Source of the DNA: Pirellulales bacterium
GTDB taxonomy: Bacteria; Planctomycetota; Planctomycetia; Pirellulales; PALSA-1355
Reading direction: 5' to 3'
Length of the DNA: 64,000 nt
NCBI GenBank assembly: GCA_963733035.1
Contig: CAVTBU010000008.1
Span: 448,001 to 512,000, forward strand
A program made the position numbers and the translations under genes. Numbering within the stretch: position 1 is the stretch's first letter; the number at the start of each line of letters is the position of its first letter. Under the pieces are notes generated by a model that made no database searches, was not told where the DNA came from, and saw nothing but the letters and a program-made list of their open reading frames with translations. Positions 41,668 to 52,094 of this stretch are shown here, in pieces.

Positions 41668-42969
41668 ACGCAAGCGGCCCGCCGCCGGAATCGAATTTGC
41701 ACGAACCCTGGTACCACGGCGTCAGTGGCTACCAGTGGCTCGTGTTGGCGATCGCCTCGGCGGGCTGGATCTTTGACGTCTATGAAGGCCAGATTTTCAA
41801 CATTACCCGCAACCAAATGCTGTCTGACATCCTGGGCAGCGAAGGAGGCGATGTAAAGAAATACGGCGACATGTTCCTCGGCATCTTTCTGCTGGGTGGA
41901 ACCGTGGGAGGACTGGCCGCGGGATCATTGGCAGACCGTTTCGGTCGGCGGCCGATCATGGTCGTCACAATCTTGATGTATTCGCTCTTCTCCGGGCTCA
42001 CCTACTTTGCAACCGAGCTTTGGCATGTCGCCAGCCTGCGGTTTCTAGTGGCGATGGGCGTTGGCGGCGAATGGGCAGTGGCGGCAAGTCTCGTCGCCGA
42101 GGTATTTCCAGCCCGGGCGCAGGCGCAAGCATCGGGCATCTTCCATGCCTCGAGTGTGCTGGGAACCTGGATGGCGGCCTTGGCCGGCATGGCCGTCGGC
42201 GCACAATGGCGGTATGCCTATCTGTTCGGCATCGTTCCAGCGCTGTTGGTGCTTTGGGTGCGTGCAAGTGTGCGCGAGCCGCGCAAGTGGCAGGAAACGA
42301 AAGCGCAGGCCGAATCCGCCAACCGTGGTGGACAACTCGGAAGCTTTCGCGACCTGTTGCTGAATCCCGTCTGGGGACCTCGAGCGTTCCTGGGAATGGG
42401 ATTGGCTGCCGTGGGATTGGGAACGTTCTGGGCGGTGACCGTGGCGGGCCAGGATTTGGCGCGCGAGCTACTGGTTCGCGGCGGCGCAAGCTCCGAGGTC
42501 GTTGCCCAGCATGCAAAATTTGCTTATGGCATCGTGCAAACAACCGGCGGGGCCGTGGGCTTGCTGTCGTTTGGTCCCCTCTGCGCGGTTCGGGCGCCGG
42601 CGAACGTTCATCGTGATTCAATTGCTGGCGTTCCTTTTCGTCCCGATAACGTGTTTCCTGCCGCAAACCTATCGCGAACTGCTCTGGCTCTTGCCACCGT
42701 TTGGATTCCTGACGCTGGGCCTGCACGCGGGCTATGCGATCTACTTCCCGGAGTTGTTCCCCACGCATTTGCGGGCCACGGGAACCAGTTTCTGTTTCAA
42801 CGGCGGACGCATCCTGGCCGTGCCGGTATTGTTTTTCTCCGGATGGCTCAAGGCGCGGGAAGGCATGGACCTGCGAGTCGCAATCTCGTCGCTGGGAGCG
42901 CTATTTCTCGTGGGTGTGGTGTTGATGCTGTTTCTACCGGAAACAAAAGGAAAAGAACTGCCTGAGTAG
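41661..42969 (+). CDS. MFS transporter, frameshift near 42586
   Basis: GSLADRFGRRP, GVGGEW, then ARFGRRR..YFPELFPTHLRATG..LPETKGKELPE in the next frame. Confidence 0.9.
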
Positions 42970-42980
42970 GCAAGACGCCG

Positions 42981-44066
42981 ATGGACAATTGGACCCTCTT
43001 CATCACGATTGCCGTGGTTATCACGGCCGCGGGCTTTGTGCAGAGTGCGATGGGCTTTGGCTACGCGATCGTGGCGCTGGCAATCCTGCCGCTGGTCATC
43101 GATATCCGCATGGCGAACATCGTGGTCTCGCTGAGCGTGATCTTGCCTTTGGGCGCTGCGGTATGGGCCTACCGCCACGAAATCGATTGGCCAACGATCG
43201 CTTGGTGCCTGACGGGTTCGGTCGTAGGGCTGGCATTCGGTTTAATCGTGTTTTCCACGATCGATGCCACCTGGCTGATGCGTGCAACCGGCGGCGTCAT
43301 CTTTTTGCTGGCGCTCGATGGACTTCGCACGCGACGCGACACCGAAACGCAACGGCAATTCTCCCACGGCTGGAGCGCCGTGGCCGGGGCGGCAGGCGGC
43401 GTGCTATCCGGGTCGATCGGCATGGGCGGCCCGCCGATTGTCGCATTTGCCGCGCGGCAGACGTGGTCGCCGGTCCGCGTCAAAGCGTTCCTGACCAGCG
43501 TGGCATTGATTCTATCCGTGCTCAAGGGGGTGGGGCTCGCGGCGACTGGTTGGGTCGACCAGGCCGTCCTGTTTTATTCCGGGGCATCCATTCCGTTCGG
43601 TTTGGCAGGCAGCCACCTGGGCGTCGTTGCCTCACGAAACATGAACCCTCAACTCTTTCGCAAAATCACGATGCTGGTGCTTCTGCTGCTGTCGATCGGC
43701 ATGATCGTTCGCGGGCAGCCGAATGGCCCAGGTATCGATAAGGCGCAAAACACCCACGGTAAGTCACGCAGTTGGTGTGCTATCGAGAGCTCGGATGATG
43801 CCAAGCACAAGGAACATCCGAAGATGACGGAAAGTGTTCGTCGAGCCTCGTACCATCAGTCCGACTGGCAGCGCCTGGAACCGGACAGCGACGAACAGCC
43901 ATCGCAGGTACTCATGCCATTGGGCCACTCCCCAAGGGAACCCTGTGGGAAACGACCGCTGTCCCGGAACTTAGGGGCAAGCAATGCGCGTCGCGGAAAT
44001 CTTGCTGGAACGAGAGCCGGCTGCCGTCGAGGAAGCCGATGTGATCGAGTACTACCTATAGGTTGA
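42981..44066 (+). CDS. TauE/SafE sulfite/organosulfonate exporter; tail after about 43750 is doubtful
   Basis: AGFVQSAMGFG, AGAAGGVLSGSIGMGGPP, about 8 TM segments. Confidence 0.88.
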   Translation: MDNWTLFITIAVVITAAGFVQSAMGFGYAIVALAILPLVIDIRMANIVVSLSVILPLGAAVWAYRHEIDWPTIAWCLTGSVVGLAFGLIVFSTIDATWLMRATGGVIFLLALDGLRTRRDTETQRQFSHGWSAVAGAAGGVLSGSIGMGGPPIVAFAARQTWSPVRVKAFLTSVALILSVLKGVGLAATGWVDQAVLFYSGASIPFGLAGSHLGVVASRNMNPQLFRKITMLVLLLLSIGMIVRGQPNGPGIDKAQNTHGKSRSWCAIESSDDAKHKEHPKMTESVRRASYHQSDWQRLEPDSDEQPSQVLMPLGHSPREPCGKRPLSRNLGASNARRGNLAGTRAGCRRGSRCDRVLPIG

Positions 44067-44212
44067 AAACGAATACTCGCCGATTCGCGGGTATCCAAGG
44101 CGACGAAGTGCAAGGCTTGTTAGACTGAATTGAGCGTCGCAAGCGACGCAGATTCGCGGAATTCTCGGCCGAGATTCTGATGGCCCGTACGAACACATGT
44201 GGAAACAACCCG

Positions 44213-45659
44213 ATGAAGCGACTCGCTTGTTTGAACTCGCCAAGTGCCATGCTCCCGGCGTTTCTCTATGCATGCTTGGCTTGGTTCCTACCTGGTGTCG
44301 CATCGGCCGCTGACGCGCGGCCGCCGAATGTGGTGTTGATCCTCGCCGATGACCTGGGCTGGTCTGACTTGGGCTGCTACGGAGCCGACCTGCATGAAAC
44401 GCCGCACATCGATCGACTGGCGCGGGACGGCATGCGTTTTACCAGCGCATACGCCGCTTCAATTTGCTCACCCACCCGCGCCGCGCTGATGACCGGCAAA
44501 CATTACGCGCGGTTGCATATGACCATCTGGTACGAAGGCTCGCTGGAGCCAGACCGCAATCACAAGCTGCGGCCGCCGCAGTCCGTGGGCAACCTGCCGC
44601 TGGACGAAGTGACGCTGGCCGAGCGACTGCACGAGGCGGGCTACCTCACGGCGCTGGTGGGTAAGTGGCACCTGGGAGACGCCGGTCACTATCCCGAGAC
44701 GCAAGGCTTCGACGTCAACATCGGCGGCACGCACTGGGGCGCGCCGCAAACTTTCTTCTATCCGTACCGAGGTGATCGCCACTACGGCCGTGAAATGCGC
44801 TACGTGCCGGACCTTCCGTACGGAGACGAGGGCGAATACCTCACCGACCGGCTCACCGACGAAGCGCTCAAGGTCATCGACCGGGCCGGCGATCAACCGT
44901 TTTTCCTCTATCTGGCGCACCACGCGGTCCACACGCCCATCGAGGGCAAGCCGAAGCTTGTCGAACACTACCGGCAGAAGCTTTCGCCAAAACTGCACCA
45001 TCAAAATGCCACGTACGCCGCCATGACGCACAGCCTCGACGACAGCGTCGGCCGAGTGCTCGCGAGGCTCGACGAGCGCAGGACTCGACGACAATACCTT
45101 GGTGATCTTTCTTTCCGACAATGGCGGGCACGTGATGCCGTTCGACGGCAAGGCCGTCACCAACAATTCGCCGTTGCGCAGCGGCAAAGGATCGCTCTAT
45201 GAGGGGGGCGTGCGCGTGCCCATGATTATCCGCTGGCCCGGCGTCACCACGGCTGGCAACGTGTGCGACGAACCGGTCTGCGTCATGGACCTGCTACCGA
45301 CAATCGGCGTAGCCGTGCAACCCTCGCGGAACAAATCTTGGACCGCGCCCGACGGCACCAGCCTCGTGCCGCTGTTGAACGGCTCAGCGGCCACGCTCGA
45401 TCGCGACGCACTTTATTTCCACTATCCACACTACTATCCGACCACCACGCCCGCGAGCGCCATCCGCCAGCGCGACTGGAAGCTGCTTGAGTATTTCGAA
45501 GACGATCATGTCGAATTGTACAACCTCAAGAACGACCTAAGTGAAGAGCACGACCTCGCCGGCGAACAATCCGAGCGCACCAGGCAATTGCGCGACAAAC
45601 TACATGCCTGGCGCCGGCAGATCAACGCGCAAGTGCCGAGCTCAGCGACCGGCGGATGA
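44213..45659 (+). CDS. Secreted formylglycine-dependent sulfatase, frameshift near 45080
   Basis: PNVVLILADDLG, CSPTRAALMTG, GKWHLG; SDNGG..GKGSLYEGGVRVP..ELYNL in the next frame. Confidence 0.92.
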
Positions 45660-45699
45660 TTTGATTTGGCGCTGGTGTGCCCACGCGGCGGCGGCTTGT

Positions 45700-48600
45700 T
45701 CAGTCGACCGGCAGCAACGTTTCGGCCAATGGATTGGTGCGGCGCAAGCGGGTGATGCCGTTGTCGTAACCGGAATAGAGTTGTTTGCCATCGGCTGTAA
45801 ACGCGGCGCACCAAGACAATCCTCGGCCGTCGGCCAGGCCACAACGCTCCTGCCCCGTTACAGCGTCCCAAAACGAGAGCTTGTAGCCGGTCGTAACCAG
45901 AGTTTGGCCATCAGCTGAGATCGCGACCGCGAGTAGCCCGCCGTGATGAGGGCGGATCGTCGTGAGGCACTCGCCTGTGGCGAGGTCCCAAATTCGGGCG
46001 GTGGCATCGGAAGAACAAGACGCAAGCTGCCGACCGTTCGGGTAAAACGCCACGGAGTTGACATCCTGTTGATGGCCGCGCAACGTAGTCAGCAGTTGGC
46101 CGCTGGAGGTGTTCCACAAGCGAATTGCGCCATCGGCCGCGCCGGATGCCACACGGGAACCATCAGCGCTGGCCGCCACACTCTTGGCGGCCGTTGCTAG
46201 TTGCGCGAGCACACGGCGTTTGGTTCCCATCGAGCGGACGTCCCACACGATAACCGCGCCGTCATCGCCGGCCGAAGCCAACGTCGTGCCGTCTCCCACC
46301 AGGGCCAGGCTTCGCACGCAGTCCGTGTGGGCGCGCCATGCGCCGAGTTGCTTCGCGGATTCCACGTTCCACGCCCGCGTCACTCCATCGCGGCCGGCCG
46401 AGAAGGCCGTTTGGCCGTCGGAAGTGAGCACCAGGCTGCAAATCTCGCCGTGGCCGGCAATCCACGTATTTCGCAAGTATCCGTTGGGAGTGTACCAAAG
46501 TGAGATTCGATCTTTGCGACTGCCCGTGACGAGCGTTTCACCATCTGGTGTGGCCGCCAGCGCAACGATTCGTTCGGGCGGGCCGATCAGTTCTTCGGCA
46601 ACGTGTAATCCGCGCACGACGTCCCACACGCGGATCTCGCCGTCGGCTCCGGCAGATACCAGAGATTTGCCGTCGCGAGAAAACGCCAAGGAGAAGACCC
46701 CGGCACGCTCGTGACCCGACAACACGTTCACCAAGCTGCCCGTGGGCGCGTCGAGAAGCGTTATCTCGCGAGCCCACTGGCCGAATGCGATCGTCATTCC
46801 GTCGGGCGAGACAGCCACGGAATTGATGGCATTCGACGGATTGTTGGCGAACCCAGACTTCGACTTCAGAGAAGGAAATTCCCACAAGCGGAGGCGTTCG
46901 CCTCCGGAGACGAGTGTTCGCTGATCGGGAAAGAATGCCAACCCACCAATCGGCTCTTCATGCGCATCGGAAATGCTCCGGCACACACCGCTCGATGTAT
47001 CCCACACGCGGATGGTGCGGTCGAGCTTGTAGGCACTTGACACCAGGTACCGTGCGTCGCGCGAGAAGAGCAGGGACGAGATTGTGTCGGTGTGTCCCAC
47101 CAATTGGTTGCGAATCTTGCCGGTCGTGGCGTCGCAGAGTGTAATGCGGGGCAAAACTCCATCGCCCAAGAAGAATATTCCGCTCGTTGCCCAAGCCAAA
47201 AGCTTTCCCTCAGGAGAGGCGGCCAAAAACTTGATGGCCGTCACGTCGCGAGCGAACACATCCGATGTGCCCGCCTCGAGATTCCAGCGTCGCACCGTCC
47301 AATCGTTGCCGGCCGAAAACAAAATGTTGCCGGCGGGCAGAAAGGCGACGGCGTTCACCGGCCCCTTGTGGCCGCGCAATACGGAGTGCAGCGACCAGTC
47401 AGCGGCGCGCCAAATCCGAATCGTTCCATCGTCGCTGGCCGAGGCCAGCAACGCACTGTCGGGCGAGAATACAACCGAGTTAACTTGTCGGGTGTGACCG
47501 TTCAGTACCCGGTGACCGCGATGGGTCACTCCCGTCAGATACCGCCAGGTGAAATCGCGGAGATGCTCGGGACAGCGCTGCGGGTCGTGCAACAGTCCGA
47601 ACGCTTCGCGCGGCACATGCAGGGCGAGCTGCGTTGCCCGTGCAAGTTGGGCATTGTACGCACTGCGAAGAGCCATTTGCCGCTCATGCTCGGCCTGGTG
47701 GCTGGCCTGAGTTGCCAACGAGAGAGCCGCACCGGCGCGCACGGCAAAATACGTAGCCGTCGCCGTGCCACCAACCAGCGTGAGCACGACCGCCGCAGCC
47801 AGACCGGTTACGACGGGATTGCGACGGCACCACCGCCAGGCTCGCTCAACCCGCCCTACCGGCCGCGCGTGAATAGGTTCGCCGCGCACGAAACGGTCCA
47901 AGTCGTCGGCCAACGCCATTGCGCTCGTATAGCGCCGCGCAGGCTCCTTCTCCAAACACTTCAAGCAGATCGTTTCCAGGTCGCGCGGAACGTCGCTGCG
48001 AAAACGGCGCGGCCGGGGAGGTTCGTCGTGCACGATTTGTTGCGCCAACATCGAGGGGCTGCCACGAAACGGCAGCTCGCCGGTCAGCATCTCAAATAGC
48101 ATCACGCCCAATGAATAAATGTCGCTCGCACCCGTGCAATGATGCGCGGCGCCGCGTGCCTGTTCCGGCGACATGTAAGCGACCGTACCAAGCACTTGAC
48201 CGTCGAGCGTCAACGTCGCGGCCGTATCCCGTTTTGCCAGGCCGAAGTCCAGCAAATGCGGTTGATCAAGAGCGTCCACCACCACGTTCGCCGGTTTCAG
48301 ATCGCGGTGCACGATGCCGGCGCGGTGGGCATGATCCAATCCCAGGGCGATCGCCGCGCACAGACGTGCACACCGCGTGTAGTCCACGTCTTGCGCCGCC
48401 AGCCATTGCGAAACCGAACGGCCCGCGATCAATTCGCTAACGATGTAACATTGATCGCCGTCCTGGCCGATCTCGAAGATCGCTACGATGTCGGGATGTT
48501 GCAACTGCGCGGCTGCGCGAGCTTCGCGAAGAAATAGCTCTGTTTCCCGCGCTGACAACTCGCCGCGGCGGGGTAGTTTTACCGCGACACGGCGGTCGAG

Positions 48601-49038
48601 CTTCGTGTCGTATGCCTCCCAGACCTCGCCGAAACTGCCTTCACCAAGTCGGTGCTGCAACTCGAAGTGGGCCACTCTCCGCGACTCGCGACGGTCGGCC
48701 GGATGGAAGGCTCCGAAACGAAACGAATGGCCACAGGTGGGACACAGGATCTCGTTGCACTCGGTGTCGGTCGACAAGGGAACTGCGTCGGCACAGCGCG
48801 GACAGCGGAGGTTCAATGGAGACGCGGACCCGGCCCGTGCGATTGGATGCTTTTCGGCGGCCGCCCGGGCCGCCGAGATCAATCGCAGCCTCTTGAGTCC
48901 TATTTCGAGAGCAATCGCAAGTTCGGGGTGGGACGCGATAATGGTCGAATCAGAGACGGACTCTCCCTGATGCCGACGACGCATGGCCGCGTCGATGATT
49001 TCTTGCACACGGGACTCGTCGTCAACGATTAGATTCAT
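45700..49038 (-). CDS. Hanks-type Ser/Thr kinase with TM helix and WD40 repeats
   Basis: CPRC..CPTC ribbon, LGEGSFG, VAVK, HRDLKPAN, DFGLA, YMSPEQ, TM helix, many GH..WD repeats. Confidence 0.93.
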   Translation of the reverse strand: MNLIVDDESRVQEIIDAAMRRRHQGESVSDSTIIASHPELAIALEIGLKRLRLISAARAAAEKHPIARAGSASPLNLRCPRCADAVPLSTDTECNEILCPTCGHSFRFGAFHPADRRESRRVAHFELQHRLGEGSFGEVWEAYDTKLDRRVAVKLPRRGELSARETELFLREARAAAQLQHPDIVAIFEIGQDGDQCYIVSELIAGRSVSQWLAAQDVDYTRCARLCAAIALGLDHAHRAGIVHRDLKPANVVVDALDQPHLLDFGLAKRDTAATLTLDGQVLGTVAYMSPEQARGAAHHCTGASDIYSLGVMLFEMLTGELPFRGSPSMLAQQIVHDEPPRPRRFRSDVPRDLETICLKCLEKEPARRYTSAMALADDLDRFVRGEPIHARPVGRVERAWRWCRRNPVVTGLAAAVVLTLVGGTATATYFAVRAGAALSLATQASHQAEHERQMALRSAYNAQLARATQLALHVPREAFGLLHDPQRCPEHLRDFTWRYLTGVTHRGHRVLNGHTRQVNSVVFSPDSALLASASDDGTIRIWRAADWSLHSVLRGHKGPVNAVAFLPAGNILFSAGNDWTVRRWNLEAGTSDVFARDVTAIKFLAASPEGKLLAWATSGIFFLGDGVLPRITLCDATTGKIRNQLVGHTDTISSLLFSRDARYLVSSAYKLDRTIRVWDTSSGVCRSISDAHEEPIGGLAFFPDQRTLVSGGERLRLWEFPSLKSKSGFANNPSNAINSVAVSPDGMTIAFGQWAREITLLDAPTGSLVNVLSGHERAGVFSLAFSRDGKSLVSAGADGEIRVWDVVRGLHVAEELIGPPERIVALAATPDGETLVTGSRKDRISLWYTPNGYLRNTWIAGHGEICSLVLTSDGQTAFSAGRDGVTRAWNVESAKQLGAWRAHTDCVRSLALVGDGTTLASAGDDGAVIVWDVRSMGTKRRVLAQLATAAKSVAASADGSRVASGAADGAIRLWNTSSGQLLTTLRGHQQDVNSVAFYPNGRQLASCSSDATARIWDLATGECLTTIRPHHGGLLAVAISADGQTLVTTGYKLSFWDAVTGQERCGLADGRGLSWCAAFTADGKQLYSGYDNGITRLRRTNPLAETLLPVD

Positions 49039-49667
49039 CGCTTGCTTAACCAAAGCGAAGACCGCACCAAACACTCACGCAGAGCCGTCTTGCCACGCTG
49101 CACCAGCCCACGAACCGCGCCCGGCGTGCGCTGCATGGCGTCGGCCGTTTCTTCCAGCGACATTCGATCCAGACAGTGCATTCGAATCGCATCGCGCTGA
49201 TCCGACGGCAGCGCCGACACGCCCACTTGCACGGCCAGCACGGCTTCTTGCTGCGCGGCGTTTTGGCTGGGAGTGCCGATGTCGCCTCTCAGCAACTCCA
49301 CGAGTGGCAACCATTGACTCCCCTCCTGGGCGCCGCCATCGGCGACGCGTTGAAATTCGCCGCCACGCTTTTTGCGGCGAGCACGTCGCAAGGCATCTTG
49401 TAGCCGATGCTCGGCCACCGTTTCGAGCCACGCAACAAAAGCCTGCTCACTCTGCGGGGCAATGGTGCCAATATCGCGAAACACCTGCACGAACGTGTCC
49501 TGCAAGATATCGTCGACGCCGAGTTGTGAGCGCAGATCGCTGGGCAACTTTCGACCGATTTGCGCCGCCAAGCGGTCGCAATAAAAGAATAGCAGCCGCT
49601 CAAGCGCCGCCCGATCACCCGCCACGGCATGGGCCAGCAACTGCTCGTTGAGTGTCGAAGCCAACAT
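49035..49667 (-). CDS. ECF sigma-70 factor, coupled to the kinase
   Basis: GDRAALERL, DDILQDTF, FVAWL, LPSDQRDAI..SLEETADAM; ATGA overlap with the kinase. Confidence 0.9.
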   Translation of the reverse strand: MLASTLNEQLLAHAVAGDRAALERLLFFYCDRLAAQIGRKLPSDLRSQLGVDDILQDTFVQVFRDIGTIAPQSEQAFVAWLETVAEHRLQDALRRARRKKRGGEFQRVADGGAQEGSQWLPLVELLRGDIGTPSQNAAQQEAVLAVQVGVSALPSDQRDAIRMHCLDRMSLEETADAMQRTPGAVRGLVQRGKTALRECLVRSSLWLSKR

Positions 49668-50122
49668 TCCAGGACCCAATCGGGACCAGCGGTGTCCAGC
49701 CAAAACTCGCGAGAATTTTGTTTTATCGTAACATGCGGTCAGGGCACCAGCAACAAGGCCCCCCAGGCAGTTCTTTGAGGAGTCACTGGCCCCAAGTCAG
49801 AACGCGCGCCTTTTCCGCGCGACCTACCGCGGATTCGTTTCCCAGGAATTTCCTTGTTTTTGCGCGCGCCGCATCGCCGGCGTTGACGCTTTTCCATTTG
49901 GGAGGTGCGACGGCAGGCTGTACTGCCAGTCGCTCGCTGGAGAAGAGGATTGGGGCGTGCTAGTCGCGTCCAGACTCGTTTGCTCGACAGCTCGCCGATT
50001 GATCACCGGCGTGCTCAACCGCAAAACCGCCGCCCTAAGGCTCCTGTTGAAGCAGCTTCTTGGTTTGAGGCTGCATAACGTTTACCAAGCCCTCTGCACA
50101 AAACGACATAAAGGGGTAGCTC

Positions 50123-51571
50123 ATGTTTACCAATACCTTCCGCACGCTGGCTATCGGCTTCTCCATTTTGAGCATCCTGGCCTTGGGATCGGCCAAGAAT
50201 GCGCTGGGCCAACAAATTGGCGAGCCCATTGCCGCTGTCCCGCCGTTTCAGTTGGATTTTGATGAGACCGGTGCAAGTTTTTTGAACGGCCTTCCCAATC
50301 CCAACCAAGTAACGTTCGTGGCCGGGGGCGGAATTCAGTTTTACCTCCCGGGTCCGGTTCAGCCCGGCCAGGTCTTGATCAGCAGCTCAGTCGACGTCGA
50401 CCCCAATAATCCGTCCGGCGATTCCGACCTCCTGACATTCACAAATGGCCCTGACGTGAACGGCTTGATCACGGGCATCATGCTCTACGAGTCGTTGCTT
50501 GACCCATTTGACCCGGTGCTCGCAGCGGATGTTCCGCTGCTCAACTATTTGGCACCGATCCTGACAATTGCGGAGGTGGGACCGGAAGGGGCCAACGGCT
50601 TTTCGTACGTGGTGCCAGGTGCAGTTTACAACGGCATCAGCGACGGCTATCTGGTACCCGAGCCCTCCACATTTGTCATGGCCGGATTCGGCGTCCTGGG
50701 TCTGGCGGGGCTAGCCTTTCGTCGCCGCTTGAGGCGAAGAGGTGTTGTCAGGACGGATCCATTGGCTCGCAGTCTAGGTCGGATGGCACGACTAGTGAGC
50801 GAGTGTGTCACGATCAACAGCAAACGGCGCGCGTTTTGGATACTTTTCGCGGCGGCCATCTACGTCGCGGGATTTGGGTCGCAAGCCCTCGCTTCGTATA
50901 CGACGAGCAATCTCCTGACTGATCCGAGCTTTGAAAACAACCCCTTGAGTAACTTTGTTCAAATTCTCGGCCCCCCGTACAATACGAATACCTGGGGCGC
51001 CGAAATGGCCACCATCTCTGGTGTATCCGACGGGATCACTCCGGCCAATGGTTCCCTGATGCTGAACATGGCAGACGATGGCGGACTCACGACACAAGCA
51101 TTCCAACTCATCGACGTGTCTCCCTACTCGACCGACATCAACGCGGGACTTGTCACCGTCGACGCCAGCGCTCTGTATAACGTTCCGGCAACCGTCGCGG
51201 CGGCCGTTTCATCGGTCAACGTGTCGTTCTATGACGGTGTGCACTCGTCACTTGGCTTTGTGTCGGCCGGCAGCAACACGCTATCTGGCGGATTTGTCGA
51301 CAGCAACGTCAATACGTGGGAATCGATCAACATCGTCGCCGCATCGGTCCCCGTCGGCACGAAGTATATGCTGATGCAGTTCGCCTACAATAATGCCTCC
51401 ATGATTGACTCGCAGGGACTGCCTCGGTCCGGCTATGTGGACGCCGCGACGCTGACGTTGACCGCAGTGCCCGAGCCATCGTCAGTGGCCCTGGTGAGCG
51501 TCGGAGCCGCCATCTTGGGTGTTGCGGCCTCGCGACGGAAACGCTGGGCTCATATTTCCGCGACTCGATGA
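50123..51571 (+). CDS. ORF with two PEP-CTERM sorting signals (possibly two genes)
   Basis: Signal peptide, VPEPST+TM+RRR at about 50654, a second signal-like stretch, VPEPSS+TM+RRKR at about 51467. Confidence 0.8.
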   Translation: MFTNTFRTLAIGFSILSILALGSAKNALGQQIGEPIAAVPPFQLDFDETGASFLNGLPNPNQVTFVAGGGIQFYLPGPVQPGQVLISSSVDVDPNNPSGDSDLLTFTNGPDVNGLITGIMLYESLLDPFDPVLAADVPLLNYLAPILTIAEVGPEGANGFSYVVPGAVYNGISDGYLVPEPSTFVMAGFGVLGLAGLAFRRRLRRRGVVRTDPLARSLGRMARLVSECVTINSKRRAFWILFAAAIYVAGFGSQALASYTTSNLLTDPSFENNPLSNFVQILGPPYNTNTWGAEMATISGVSDGITPANGSLMLNMADDGGLTTQAFQLIDVSPYSTDINAGLVTVDASALYNVPATVAAAVSSVNVSFYDGVHSSLGFVSAGSNTLSGGFVDSNVNTWESINIVAASVPVGTKYMLMQFAYNNASMIDSQGLPRSGYVDAATLTLTAVPEPSSVALVSVGAAILGVAASRRKRWAHISATR

Positions 51572-51584
51572 CGACCTCGGCAAT

Positions 51585-51873
51585 GGCCCGGGCGGCCCGC
51601 TAGGGCGAACCCAATTCCACGTGAACCAAGCTTCTGCTCGACACGGCCGATCTGCCCGCTATCCGCTTCCACGACCTGCGGCACACGTCGGCCACGCTGC
51701 TCCTTGCCGCAGGTGTTCATCCGAAGGTCGTCCAGGAACGCCTGGGCCATTCGCAGATGGGCATCACGCACGACACGTACTCGCACGTCGTGCCGACGAT
51801 GCAACTCGAGGCGGCGACCAAGTTGGACGCGATGATGCGGCCTGGGAGAGGACGGGCGCAGCATCGGGCCTGA
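51585..51873 (+). pseudogene. Tyrosine integrase C-terminal fragment, copy 1
   Basis: Manual translation LLDTADLPAIRFHDLRHTSATLLLAAGVHPKVVQERLGHSQMGITHDTYSHVVPTMQLEAA..stop; no N-terminal part. Confidence 0.9.
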
Positions 51874-52094
51874 TTGCCAAAATCGTGAACCCTGTCCAAA
51901 TCGCCGACCCCCCACAGTCAGGCACCGCAGGACGCCGGCAGACGTGACCAATCGATACTCGCTCGCACCCGAGAAATGGGGTGATCCGATGAACTTTGGA
52001 CTAGCTGGAATATTTGCGATAATGCCATGGTCTGCCCCGTGGTACGCAAAAAGTTCCTGGCAACGATCTATTCCGCCCAAGCTCGGCGACAAAC

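Noticed and set aside
43750..44066. Extra C-terminal domain on TauE
   Set aside because: The hydrophilic tail has no recognisable motif and is probably read-through into intergenic DNA.
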